Origin: Acidobacteriota bacterium
GTDB lineage: Bacteria; Acidobacteriota; UBA6911; RPQK01; JAJDTT01
Length of the DNA stretch: 64,000 nucleotides
Direction: 5' to 3'
NCBI GenBank assembly: GCA_965263035.1
Contig: OZ253580.1
Location: 4,960,001 to 5,024,000 of the forward strand
Positions 40,589 to 50,537 of this stretch are shown here, piece by piece. A program made the position numbers and the translations under genes. Numbering within the stretch: the stretch's first letter is position 1; each line of letters opens with the position of its first letter. Below the pieces are notes generated by a model. That model was given only the letters and a program-made list of their open reading frames with translations, did not search any database and had not been told where the DNA came from.

Positions 40589-41977
40589 CTAACAGCTTGG
40601 TACAGCACTCTGCGCGTCGAATTCGCACCACTCCAGGATGGTCAGCGCGTAGATCGTGAGTCCTTCCACGATCTGATCCAGCTCCAGATACTCGTCGTAG
40701 CAGTGGGCCCGGCGGTAGTCCCCCGGCCCCATGAGCAGTGAGGGCACCCCGCATTCCTGGTAGAAGCGGGCGTCGCTCACCGGCTGCCAGGTCATGTAGC
40801 GCGGTTCCTGCCCCAGCGCGGTTTCGTACGCACGGCCGGCGGCGGTGACCAACGGGTGGTCCTGCTCGATCCGAAACGGCGGCCAGTCCAGACGCCATTG
40901 CACGTCGGGAGGATGCTCCCGGAGCCAGGGGTCCATCTGGCAGATGGCCTGAATCCGGTCGTCGACTTCCTTCCGGACGCGCTCGTAACTGTCCTGCGGG
41001 TCCCGCCACACGGCGGCTCCCAACTCGCAGTGATCCGCCACGAAGAAGGGGATCTCGATCCCCTTGGGATGGCCGTGGATCCAGGCCGTGATGATGGACG
41101 GGTACCCCATGGGGGTGAGGCCCCGCGGGTCGAGCTTGCTGGCAGCCCACTCCTCGTCCAGCTCGGCCAGGCCCCGGTAGATCTTCAGGGCCTTGCCGAT
41201 GGCGTCCATGCCCACGTCTCCCCCTTCGTAGCCCATGCGGTAGGTGCGGTACCCCATGGCGGCGTGAACCGGTTTACCCGTGACCTCGATGTGCAGCCAT
41301 GAGGCCCCGCCGGAAGCCAGGCAGATACCGTGGCGGTGAGGCGGCGCCGACGATTCACACACCAGGCAGGCGTCGGTGACGCAACGGGGGTTCCGGGGAA
41401 GGAAATATCCCGGGCCGTGCGTCTTCCCGTCCATGGTCTCCTCGCCCACCGTGGCGTGAAGCTGCAGCTCGCCCCGGAGACGAAAACCGGCCCGCTGGAT
41501 CACCTCCACGGCCTTGATCATGCAGGCCAGGGGACCCTTGTCATCGGTGGAACCGCGGCCCCAGAGCTTCCCTTCTTCGAGACGCGCGCTGAACGGATCT
41601 CCCCAGCGCCACTCCTCGTGGGGGCCGGTGGGGACGGTGTCGGTGTGGGCGTTGAGCGCCAGGGACCGACCACCGCCGCTGCCGGGGAGAATACCGATGA
41701 GGTTGGGCCGAAGCGGTTCCTTGGCCTCCATGAAGGTCTCCGCGCCCAGTGTGGAAAAGACCGGCTGCAGGTGCTCGGCCACCTTCTTCTCGCCGCCGAG
41801 GGTCACGGGAGCGTCGTACAGCTTGGTGTAACCCCGCTCCTGGTAGATCTTGGCGTAGGCGTAATTGGGGCTCTCGCTGGGAATCCGCACCAGCTCCCGG
41901 ATGAGTTGGACGGTCTCGTCGTAGAGCCCCTCGGCGGCAGCGGAGACTCGCGCGTGGACCTCTGGGTCGATGCTCAT
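40589..41977 (-). CDS. M20 family metallopeptidase (ArgE/DapE-like)
   Basis: LNAHTDTVP, GRGSTDDKG, GEE, GKPVHA, SDAR, GPGD..AH..DE. Confidence 0.92.
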   Translation of the reverse strand: MSIDPEVHARVSAAAEGLYDETVQLIRELVRIPSESPNYAYAKIYQERGYTKLYDAPVTLGGEKKVAEHLQPVFSTLGAETFMEAKEPLRPNLIGILPGSGGGRSLALNAHTDTVPTGPHEEWRWGDPFSARLEEGKLWGRGSTDDKGPLACMIKAVEVIQRAGFRLRGELQLHATVGEETMDGKTHGPGYFLPRNPRCVTDACLVCESSAPPHRHGICLASGGASWLHIEVTGKPVHAAMGYRTYRMGYEGGDVGMDAIGKALKIYRGLAELDEEWAASKLDPRGLTPMGYPSIITAWIHGHPKGIEIPFFVADHCELGAAVWRDPQDSYERVRKEVDDRIQAICQMDPWLREHPPDVQWRLDWPPFRIEQDHPLVTAAGRAYETALGQEPRYMTWQPVSDARFYQECGVPSLLMGPGDYRRAHCYDEYLELDQIVEGLTIYALTILEWCEFDAQSAVPSC

Positions 41978-41998
41978 TTCGCGCTCCTGTCAGGAGTT

Positions 41999-43558
41999 CT
42001 ATTGGTGAAACCGAAGGGCTCGGCCCGGCAACGGACTTTCCAGATCTCCGACCGGTTCCGAGTTCCGGAGGATGGGAACGCCGTTGACCACCACGTGATC
42101 GATTCCCAGGGGGAGCTGATGGGGGTTTTTGTAGGTGGCTCGATCCTGGACCGTGTCCGGGTCGAAGACCACCAGATCCGCGAAGTTCCCCTCTTTCAGG
42201 ACCCCCCGATCCCGTAGCCCGAAACGGCGGGCCGGGTAGCCGCTCAGCTTGTGAACCGCAGCTTCCAGGGAGAAGAGTTTCCGGTCCCGGACACAGGGAC
42301 CCAGGAGGCGTGGCCCCGATCCGTAATGCCGGGGATGGATGAGGCCCCCCTCATGGTAGATCCCGTCGCTGCCCATCATGTAGTGGCTGTGGCTCAGAAA
42401 GGGCTCCACCATCGAATCGTCCCCCCGGTGAAACACCAGCAGGATCGACAGGTTCTCCTCGATCAGCAGGTCGGCGACCGCGTCGGCCGGGGGGAGTCCG
42501 CGCCGGGAGATGTATTCGCCCATGGACAGGCCTTGCAGGTGGTGGTTGCCCTTGCTGGAGGTCCAGGCGATGATCGCCCGATCCAAGGGCGGGACGTCCA
42601 GGATCGAGGCCAACCGATCCCGAAACCTGCGGGTCCGGAGCTGATCCAGAGCCGCCAGCGGTCCCTGGTCCCAGATCTCGTAGGGCACGAGGAAATTGAG
42701 CATGGTGGACCCGGGCAGGTAGGGGTAGACGTCGAAGGAGAAGTCCACCTCTTGAGTGGCCACTTGGTCGACATAGTTCAGGATCTCTTCAGCCGTGGGT
42801 TCGTTGGCGGCCTTCAGGTGGGAGATGTGCACCGGGACCCCGGCTCTCCGGCCGATCTCCACGGCCTCCTTGAGGGCCTCCAAGGTTCCCATCTTGTAGC
42901 GCATGTGGGTCGCATACAGACCCTGGGGAGCCATGACCCGGCAGGCCCGGACCAGTTCGTCGGTGGAGGCGTGGCACTGGGAGATGTAGTCCAGCCCGGT
43001 GGAGATTCCCACGGCGCCCGCCTCCATCCCCTTTTCGATCTCCCTCAGGATCTGAGCCATCTGGACATCGTCCGGCGCCTGCCGTCGGAACCCGCAGGCG
43101 AGGGAACGGACGTTGGCGTAGGGGATGTGAGGGATGCTGTTCTGTACGGTCCGGCCATCCAGGAGCGACATGTATTCGGCGAGACTCTCCCAGCCTTCGT
43201 ACTCCTCCAGCCGGAGTCCGTTGAGCGACCGCAGGTAGTAGATCCAGGAGTGGGCCGTCTCCCGGTCGACGGGGGCGTAGGAGATCCCGTCGGCCATGAT
43301 CACCTCGGTGGTGAATCCCTGGGCCGTCTTGGACAGGAAGTTGGGGTTCGTGAGCAGCCACGAATCGGAGTGATTGTGAACGTCCACGAAACCCGGCGCC
43401 ACGACCCGCCCCCCGGCGTCGATCCGATCGCCGGCCTCCTTGCCGGTCAGGTCTCCGATCTGTTGAATCCGGTCCCCGCTAATGCCGAGATCCGTCCTGA
43501 AGCGAGGATTGCCGGTGCCGTCGATGAGAATTCCGCCCTGAACGATGAGATCCAACAT
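41999..43558 (-). CDS. N-acyl-D-amino-acid deacylase (amidohydrolase)
   Basis: IDGTG, APGFVDVHNHSD, GISTGLDY, YATHMR, HISHLK, GSDG, HPR, ADLVVFDP; start ATG 43558. Confidence 0.92.
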   Translation of the reverse strand: MLDLIVQGGILIDGTGNPRFRTDLGISGDRIQQIGDLTGKEAGDRIDAGGRVVAPGFVDVHNHSDSWLLTNPNFLSKTAQGFTTEVIMADGISYAPVDRETAHSWIYYLRSLNGLRLEEYEGWESLAEYMSLLDGRTVQNSIPHIPYANVRSLACGFRRQAPDDVQMAQILREIEKGMEAGAVGISTGLDYISQCHASTDELVRACRVMAPQGLYATHMRYKMGTLEALKEAVEIGRRAGVPVHISHLKAANEPTAEEILNYVDQVATQEVDFSFDVYPYLPGSTMLNFLVPYEIWDQGPLAALDQLRTRRFRDRLASILDVPPLDRAIIAWTSSKGNHHLQGLSMGEYISRRGLPPADAVADLLIEENLSILLVFHRGDDSMVEPFLSHSHYMMGSDGIYHEGGLIHPRHYGSGPRLLGPCVRDRKLFSLEAAVHKLSGYPARRFGLRDRGVLKEGNFADLVVFDPDTVQDRATYKNPHQLPLGIDHVVVNGVPILRNSEPVGDLESPLPGRALRFHQ

Positions 43559-43676
43559 GGGGCCCGATTCTAACATTCGCCGGATAAGGAAATTAGGAAA
43601 CCAGAAAAGAGAGAAGAGACGTGCACCCGCTGGCCCGAGGTTGAGGCGGCCGTATCTGCTAGAATCTGGACCCCGT

Positions 43677-44216
43677 ATGACCGCCCGGGAGTTGGATCCT
43701 CTGGCTGAAGCGTATTCCAGGCGGGGACTCCGTTTGCCTGCCATCGAGCGGGTCGAGGGTTCGGTGATCCCCCAACCGTACCGGGACCTGCTGGTCCACG
43801 ACCGGGACATGACTCCCACCTTGGAAGCGTTCCACGGAGAGCTGATTCATCTCCGGGTGATGAGCCGTGACGCCCCGTCCGGAATTCTCTTCCGGGAAGT
43901 CGTCCTGGTCACTACGGCAAGCGCCAAGCCGGTGGAGTTCGGAGCGATCCGAATCCGGCTCGACGGTTTCGGGGCATCGGCCCGGGAAATGATCCGGGAA
44001 GGCCTGCTCCCGCTGGGGACCATCTTGAAGCGGGAGAACGTCCCTCACCTGAGCGACCCTCAGCGCTATCTCCGAGTCGAACCGGACCAGGTCGTCGCCC
44101 AGGCCCTGGAACTGGACGGCCGCGAACCGCTATATGGGCGGCACAATCTGATATCCGGTGAGGACGGCCGGGTCCTGGCCGAGATGGTGGAGATTCTTCC
44201 TCCCTGGTCCGAGTAG
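43677..44216 (+). CDS. Chorismate lyase-like (UbiC/DUF98 fold) protein
   Basis: LLVHDRDMTPTLEAFHG, REVVL, PLGTIL, YGR, EILPP pattern. Confidence 0.65.
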   Translation: MTARELDPLAEAYSRRGLRLPAIERVEGSVIPQPYRDLLVHDRDMTPTLEAFHGELIHLRVMSRDAPSGILFREVVLVTTASAKPVEFGAIRIRLDGFGASAREMIREGLLPLGTILKRENVPHLSDPQRYLRVEPDQVVAQALELDGREPLYGRHNLISGEDGRVLAEMVEILPPWSE

Positions 44217-44249
44217 GGTCTACGCGGAACCGCTCCGTCCCGGAGCCTA

Positions 44250-44410
44250 GGAGTTTGCGCGGTAGAAATGATCGTAGCGAGAAAGTGGGGAATCGAGGCC
44301 AGATTTTCTCGATTTGGAGGTGCATAGTTGTTCTATTCGCCGAGAAATCGAGGAAATATGGACCGATTCTACCGCTTTCGCAGTAGATCAATTTCTGCGG
44401 CGCAGGCTCC
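44250..44410 (+). mobile_element. MITE-like repeat family B, copy 3
   Basis: A few substitutions relative to the other copies; lies between convergent genes; CTAG/CTGG junctions. Confidence 0.88.
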
Positions 44411-44445
44411 TGGTCCGAAAGAGGCCCCTCCGAGAGAACGCCAAA

Positions 44446-45804
44446 TCAATTTTCGGCGGTGCTCGACCGGTGATTTTCGAAGAGGCGTTCCAGGATGGTC
44501 TGTAGGCGTCCGTGGACGGGAGTCTTCGCTTCCTCGGGGACGGGTCGTGTCTCGTCCGGGTCGGCCGTCAGGTCAAAGAAGCGGCCGTCCCGGTACAGCT
44601 TCCAATCCCGGGTCCGAACCCAACTCTTGCCCCGATGCTCCGCAAAAATCCAATCTCGTCCCGGGCCCGGTTCCCCTCTCAGTAGTGCCGCGAAACTGGT
44701 CCCGTCCAGGGTCTCCCCCGGGGGGGCCTGGGCGCCGCCCAGCTCCGCCAGCGTGGGCAGCAGGTCGCTGAAGTCCATCAAGGCTGGTGTCGATTTACCC
44801 TGGGGCAGCGTTCCCTTCCAGTTTGCGATTGTGGGGACCCGGGTGCCGGCGTCGGTGAGGTCTCCCTTGCCTCCAGGAATCGTGCGCTCTCCCATCCGGC
44901 TCGATACCGGTTCCCGGACGAGCTTTCCGCCCTGAGCTGTGATGATGGACTGTTTGGGTGTCCCATTGTCGGTCGTGAAGAAGATCAACGTCTTTTCCCG
45001 CAATCCGAGGCGGTCCAGAGCTCCCACCAGACGCCCGACCCGCTGGTCCATGGCCTCCACCATCTCCCCAAAATTGTCGTAGCGCCCTCGGGGACCGAAG
45101 GGGACCGGTGCTTCCAGATCATCGGTGACGTCGTGGCAGAGCGCCATGGAATAGAAGGCGAAGAAGGGGCCCGCCCGGTGCCGTTCCATGAATTCCGTGA
45201 GGAACCGGACGTAGGCGTCGGGACCGTACTGGTCGCGGACGTCGGATCGAATCCGGCCGTTTTCCCAGATGAGAGGTTGGTAATAACGGGGACCTTCGTG
45301 CCAGCCAAAGAGGCAATATTGGTCGAAACCCAGGCGAAACGGATGCTCGGGATCTTCCCGGAGGAGCGCGAGCTGCCACTTGCCGGCAATGGCAGTGGCG
45401 TATCCGGCCCGTTTCAGGACCTGAGGCAGAGTCCTCTCCTCCCACCTTTCCGGAAAGGTTCCCCAGACCGGATGTCCCAGCCGGAACGGGTAGCGCCCGG
45501 TCATGAGACAGATCCGGGAGGGGTGGCAGACGGGCATGCTGTAGGCGTGCTCGAAGCGCAGCCCGGTTCGGGCCAACTGGTCCAGGTGGGGAGTGGGGTA
45601 GGAGGTGCCGCCGTAGCTGCCCAGCACCTCGCGTCCCACGTCGTCGGCCAGGATCAGAAGGATGTTGGGTTGCTCTGGTTTCGCAGGGACTTCCCGGCGC
45701 TGCTCGCAGGAGAAGGCGGCCGCCAGCAGGAGGGCGAATAGCAGGGTCGGACCATGAATTTTCAATGAATTGTGAGAATAGTCGAATAATTCGATGCGGT
45801 CCAT
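44446..45804 (-). CDS. Sulfatase (arylsulfatase-like); start uncertain
   Basis: PNILLILADD, CHPSR (CxPxR formylglycine motif), AGKWQL, TTDNG. Confidence 0.9.
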   Translation of the reverse strand: MDRIELFDYSHNSLKIHGPTLLFALLLAAAFSCEQRREVPAKPEQPNILLILADDVGREVLGSYGGTSYPTPHLDQLARTGLRFEHAYSMPVCHPSRICLMTGRYPFRLGHPVWGTFPERWEERTLPQVLKRAGYATAIAGKWQLALLREDPEHPFRLGFDQYCLFGWHEGPRYYQPLIWENGRIRSDVRDQYGPDAYVRFLTEFMERHRAGPFFAFYSMALCHDVTDDLEAPVPFGPRGRYDNFGEMVEAMDQRVGRLVGALDRLGLREKTLIFFTTDNGTPKQSIITAQGGKLVREPVSSRMGERTIPGGKGDLTDAGTRVPTIANWKGTLPQGKSTPALMDFSDLLPTLAELGGAQAPPGETLDGTSFAALLRGEPGPGRDWIFAEHRGKSWVRTRDWKLYRDGRFFDLTADPDETRPVPEEAKTPVHGRLQTILERLFENHRSSTAEN

Positions 45805-45893
45805 GGTCCTGGGAGAGATTCGATCTGGCCTTGTTTCAGTCCCCCATAGTAAGCTGAACTCCACAGCGCTCCCAAACACGGTCCAACCCCCAA

Positions 45894-47333
45894 ATGGTTT
45901 TCTCCAGCAGGAACCGGCCCCGAACCAAGATCGTCTGTACTCTCGGCCCATCGGTGCAGTCCCGGTCCAGCATTCGGCAGCTGGTCGAGGCGGGAATGAA
46001 CGTGGCCCGCCTCAACATGGCCCACGGGACACTGGAGGACCACACGACGGCGTTCGGCCACGTTCGCTCCATCGCCGAGGAACTCAAACAACCCGTGGGG
46101 ATCATGGTGGACGTGCCCGGATCCAAGTACCGGACGGGTGAAATTCCGTCGGGATCACTCTCCTTCAAAGAAGGTCAAGAAATCACGCTCACCAGCCGGC
46201 AGAGCGGGACGGGCGGGGAAGACCTCGTGGTACCGGTGAAACCTGCGGGAATCCACCGGGACGCCCGGGCTGGAAAACGGATTCTTCTGAACGACGGAAT
46301 GATTACCCTGGAGATCCGGGAGGTTCAGGGCGAGGATGTTCTTTGCGAGGCTCTGACCGCGGGTCGAATCACTTCCGGTCGGGGAGTCACGACTCCGGGC
46401 GTCGAACCCTCCCAGCCTTTTCCCGACGCAAAAGCAACGGCCGCAATGGGATTTGCCGCTCGGCACCAGGCGGACTTCGTCGCACTCTCCACGGTGACCA
46501 CATCCGATGGCGTGGCGAAAGCCCGCGAGATCCTGTGGGCAATGGGGTTCTCCGGGGGGATCTATTCCAAGATCGAACGCGCCCGTGCCGTCACCAATCA
46601 GGCGTCCATCATCGACGTGAGCGACGGTATCATCGTCGCCCGGGGAGACCTGGGAACGGAGATCCGGCTGGCCCGGGTTCCCATCGTTCAGAAGGAGCTA
46701 ATCGGCCTCTGCAACGAGCTGGGAAGACCGGTGATCACGGCCACGCAGATGCTCGAGTCCATGATTTCCCTGCCGGTTCCGACTCGGGCCGAGGTGGCGG
46801 ACGTGGCCAACGCCGTGTTCGACGGCACCGACGCCGTCATGCTCTCAGGCGAGACTTCCATTGGACGGTATCCCTTGGAAGCGGTCCGGGTCATGGCGGA
46901 GGTATCGATGGAGGCCGAAAAAGCCCTTCCCTACGATGCCATGCTGGTGGACAAGCGAAAACATCTGGAGCCCCTGACCGACGACGCCATCGCCTATAAT
47001 GCCTGTCAGACTGCCCATCATCTGGGCGCCTCCCTGATCGTGGCGTTCACCGAATCGGGGGGCACCGCGAAACGGGTCTCCAAGTACCGGCCACGGACGC
47101 CTGTCATGGCTCTGGTCCACAACGAGCGGACGCGCCGTTCCCTGACCGTTACCTGGGGAGTCCAACCGGTGACCACCGGGAGCCTGGAGCGCACCGACGA
47201 CTTCTTCGACCGGGCTCGGGAGGAAGCCGTGCGTCGCGCCGGTCTGAAAAAGGGCAGGCTGGTGGTGCTGGTGGCCGGCGTTCCCATCGGCCTTCCCGGA
47301 GGCACCGACCTGCTCCGGGTCCTGACTATCTGA
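45894..47333 (+). CDS. pyk: Pyruvate kinase
   Basis: RTKIVCTLGP, ARLNMAHG, KIE, VARGDLG, ATQMLESM, DGTDAVMLSGET. Confidence 0.97.
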   Translation: MVFSSRNRPRTKIVCTLGPSVQSRSSIRQLVEAGMNVARLNMAHGTLEDHTTAFGHVRSIAEELKQPVGIMVDVPGSKYRTGEIPSGSLSFKEGQEITLTSRQSGTGGEDLVVPVKPAGIHRDARAGKRILLNDGMITLEIREVQGEDVLCEALTAGRITSGRGVTTPGVEPSQPFPDAKATAAMGFAARHQADFVALSTVTTSDGVAKAREILWAMGFSGGIYSKIERARAVTNQASIIDVSDGIIVARGDLGTEIRLARVPIVQKELIGLCNELGRPVITATQMLESMISLPVPTRAEVADVANAVFDGTDAVMLSGETSIGRYPLEAVRVMAEVSMEAEKALPYDAMLVDKRKHLEPLTDDAIAYNACQTAHHLGASLIVAFTESGGTAKRVSKYRPRTPVMALVHNERTRRSLTVTWGVQPVTTGSLERTDDFFDRAREEAVRRAGLKKGRLVVLVAGVPIGLPGGTDLLRVLTI

Positions 47334-47392
47334 ACATTTTCTGAGAGGATGTGCGGGTCCTGCTTCCCGGGGACCGATGGGAAGAGAAGCAC

Positions 47393-49348
47393 ATGATTCT
47401 GGCTCAATCCGTCTGGCTGGGACTGCATTGGGTGGACTGGATCGTCCTGATGGTCTACCTGCTAGCCGTCTCCTTCATCGGATTCTGGTCCTACCGGAAG
47501 GTGCGGGATCTCACCGACTTCTTCATGGGGGGACGCCGCTTCGGCAAGGTCTTCATGATGTTCTTCGCCTTCGGGGTCGGAACCAGCAGCGAGCAGGCTC
47601 TCAGCGTCGCCGCCGGGTCCTTCCGCTATGGTCTGGCCGGAATCTGGTACCAGTTTCTATGGCTCTGGGCCACACCCTTCTACTGGATCATCGCTCCCGT
47701 CTTTCGCCGCATGCGGGCCTTGACCACCAGCGACTTCTTCCAGGCCCGTTACGATTCTTCCACCGCCACGCTCTATTCGTGCCTGGGGATCGCCATGTCC
47801 GTGGTCTTCATGGCGGGAGCCCTGTACGGCAGCGGGGAGATGATCGAAGGCCTTGCGGGAGGCACCGACCCGGCGACGGGAGAGCCTTATTTCCCAATGG
47901 AATATGCCGTCGCCGGGATGACGGTTCTCTTCGTCCTCTATGGGATGGCCGGAGGTCTGGGCGCCGCCATCATCACCGACTTCATCCAGGGTGTCCTGAC
48001 CATCGTCTTCTCGTTCCTGCTCCTCCCCTTCGCCTTTCACGCCGCGGCCCGGGTGGCCGGAACCTCCAGCGGATTCTCGGCGCTACAACAGGGGGTTCCA
48101 GGCCGGAGCGGCTCCGAGCTGTTGAGCCTCACGATCACGGAGGAGGTCAGCAGCCTGATGGGGCAGGAGCCCATCACCCTCTTCTATGTGGTGATGCTCT
48201 CTCTCACCGGGCTCATCGGAATCGTGGTCCAGCCTCACATCATGGGAGTCTGCGGGGCCGGCCGGACCGAGTTCGAGGGGCGGTTCGGCTTCACCGTAGG
48301 CAACTTCATCAAGCGGTTCTGCACCATCGCCTGGACCTTCACCGGGCTGGCCTGCATCATCATCTATCTGACGCCCGAGAACGGGTACCTGTCGGCGGCC
48401 GAGATCCAGCGGGTCCAGTCGGATCCCGGTGCGCTGGCCGCCTTCGCCAACCAGGTTTTCGGGCGGGCCGCGCACGACATTCTTCCCACCATATCGGTCG
48501 GCCTCGTGGGACTGCTTATGGCTTCACTGCTGGCGGCGGTGATGAGCACCTGCGATGCCCAGATGGTGGTGGGGTCCGGACTCTTCACCGAGAACATATA
48601 CAAACGCTTCATCCATCCCCGGGGCAGTGGGCATCACTATCTGTGGGTCGGACGCCTGAGCGGCCTGGGGATCGTTTGCCTGGCGCTGCTGATGCTGACC
48701 CAGTTCGACAACGTGATTCAGGTCCTGACTCGTTACATCCAGCCCATCCCCACCTTCATGGGCCTGGCCTTCTGGTTCGGTATCACCTGGCGAGGCTACA
48801 CGGCCATGGCGGTCTGGGCCTCCACCATTACCACAGCTCTGGCCTGGTACCTGACCCAGATTCACAATCCGTTCGAGATCATCGCCGCCCTGGGCAGCTC
48901 CCAGTTCTTCCAACTCAACATCGACTACCTTCCCGGCCTGGTTCGAGGCTGGCTCTACGAGCAGGTCCCCGGAATCATGCAGGTGGCGCAGGGGGCGGGA
49001 GGCGAAGTAGCCTACCGGACCCGCCTTCCCTACCAGATTCTCGTCTATCTCTCATTCGGCGCGGCGGCCGGTCTGGGCACCAGCTTTCTGACCCGGCCCG
49101 TCGCCCGGGCCAAGTTGGACCGTTTCTTCCGTCTCATCCACACTCCGGTCCGGGAGGGCGAAAAGATCGACGAGCCTTGTACCCTCCCGGAGAACCCCTT
49201 GCCGCCTGAGACCGAAAAGTTGATTTCCGCGGGCGGACTGGAGATTCCTCGTCCGGGCGTGGTGGGGCTGGTCGGATTCGGACTGGCCTGGGTCGCGGTG
49301 GGAGGCTTGATCTGGCTCACCGTAACGCTGGCCGGGATCGGCGGGTAG
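47393..49348 (+). CDS. Sodium:solute symporter family protein
   Basis: Many transmembrane segments; DFFMGGRRFG, GGLGAAIITDFIQG, LLAAVMST. Confidence 0.9.
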   Translation: MILAQSVWLGLHWVDWIVLMVYLLAVSFIGFWSYRKVRDLTDFFMGGRRFGKVFMMFFAFGVGTSSEQALSVAAGSFRYGLAGIWYQFLWLWATPFYWIIAPVFRRMRALTTSDFFQARYDSSTATLYSCLGIAMSVVFMAGALYGSGEMIEGLAGGTDPATGEPYFPMEYAVAGMTVLFVLYGMAGGLGAAIITDFIQGVLTIVFSFLLLPFAFHAAARVAGTSSGFSALQQGVPGRSGSELLSLTITEEVSSLMGQEPITLFYVVMLSLTGLIGIVVQPHIMGVCGAGRTEFEGRFGFTVGNFIKRFCTIAWTFTGLACIIIYLTPENGYLSAAEIQRVQSDPGALAAFANQVFGRAAHDILPTISVGLVGLLMASLLAAVMSTCDAQMVVGSGLFTENIYKRFIHPRGSGHHYLWVGRLSGLGIVCLALLMLTQFDNVIQVLTRYIQPIPTFMGLAFWFGITWRGYTAMAVWASTITTALAWYLTQIHNPFEIIAALGSSQFFQLNIDYLPGLVRGWLYEQVPGIMQVAQGAGGEVAYRTRLPYQILVYLSFGAAAGLGTSFLTRPVARAKLDRFFRLIHTPVREGEKIDEPCTLPENPLPPETEKLISAGGLEIPRPGVVGLVGFGLAWVAVGGLIWLTVTLAGIGG

Positions 49349-49355
49349 GCTGCCT

Positions 49356-49374
49356 GGAGGGGCGATTTCCAATC
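49356..49374 (+). repeat. Left half of a split REP hairpin with att core GATTTCCAATC (49364-49374)
   Basis: GGAGGGGC-GATTTCCAATC; joined to GCCC after 55625 it gives the perfect hairpin GGGCGATT-TCC-AATCGCCC. Confidence 0.8.
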
Positions 49375-49480
49375 CCAACTGTCCCTCAGTCAATAACTAC
49401 TAAACATTAACGTTTTCAGTCATTTACCGGGTTCTTCGCCGAATCGGTAAAGTGGTTGACTCCCCATGTTTGGCGTGCTG

Positions 49481-49499
49481 AACAGGCAACAAACAGGCA
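49481..49499 (+). promoter_or_regulatory. Putative integrase arm-type site pair (left)
   Basis: AACAGGCA-ACA-AACAGGCA, identical to 55499-55517. Confidence 0.7.
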
Positions 49500-49907
49500 G
49501 CAGAATTCGCGCCTGAAGGCCAATGCACTCTTCTCATCTTCTTTTGTTCCCCTTTCGAAAATCTACCAGAGATTCGACTCATCGATCCGATGGCCAGACC
49601 CATAACCTGAATCATGGGATTTTCGGAGGCATCTTCCGAGTCAAGAGTATCTTCCCTATCCGCTGCCGTGTGGTCCCCTGGATATGGCCTGGAGATTGAA
49701 CCGATGGATTACGGTGTACCACCCCGAAGAAGCACTTTATCCGCCGCCCGGGGTTTACATGGGCAACAGCAAGCGTGCTCGGGAGAGATTCCGGGCCGCG
49801 TTGTTGGACCAGTCGCGCCTCTGCCGTAGACTCGCCAGCATCGCTCATGGTCCGCAACTCCGTAAGAGGGTATGCTATACGGAAGAGAACCCATGCAAAA
49901 CTAATTC

Positions 49908-50120
49908 ATGGCGGTCACCGTTCCAATCGGCATTGCCATCATCATGGCTACCATCGCCCTCGCCGGCCTCATCCAGGTCCAATCCCGCGCCTTCCGTTCT
50001 GAGCTTCGGGAGTCGGCCCAGCACCGCGCCGAGCTCCGGGATCGAATGGGACGGATCGAAGGGACGCTCGACGTCCTTCGAGATTCCTTCGTCCGGTCCG
50101 GTCGCGACACTGCGGGGTGA
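49908..50120 (+). CDS. Small membrane-anchored coiled-coil protein
   Basis: N-terminal hydrophobic helix followed by ELRDRMGRIEGTLDVL. Confidence 0.6.
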   Translation: MAVTVPIGIAIIMATIALAGLIQVQSRAFRSELRESAQHRAELRDRMGRIEGTLDVLRDSFVRSGRDTAG

Positions 50121-50537
50121 TCCACAACGCTGAACCATGGAAGAAGCGAACGGCCCCCAGCCGGTGGCGACAAGCGAGACACAAATGAGCTGGTTGCGGA
50201 GAATATGGAGCACGATAACGGTCCTGATTCGACTAAGTGACCTTGACGCACGAGTCGGAAAGCTCGATAGGCAACTCAGAGAAGCGTCCCGGGGGACTCA
50301 GGAGACTCTCAACATTGGCTCAATTGGTACGCTGGACATCGACATCGAAAACATCACCCGTGAAACGATCACTCAGCAGGCCAAATTGGAGGTAACGAGG
50401 CGTCACATCTATACATCAAACGTCGCCCATACGGGACACGCTGTCGGGTTGTCATTGGCGTTGTGCTACAGCTTTGAAGATGAACCGGAACGACTTGAGC
50501 GAGTTGCGGACCGGCTTGAAGAGTGGGCCAATAGCTA

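Noticed and set aside
38221-40721. 107-bp repeat pair as a diversity-generating retroelement TR/VR
   Set aside because: The four mismatches are not confined to adenines of one copy, there is no reverse transcriptase in the window, and the target is an M20 peptidase.
41999-44216. Long overlapping N-termini of the divergent ORFs 41999-43819 and 43545-44216
   Set aside because: Homology-like sequence starts at 43558 and 43677 respectively; the overlap is an artefact of first-start calling.
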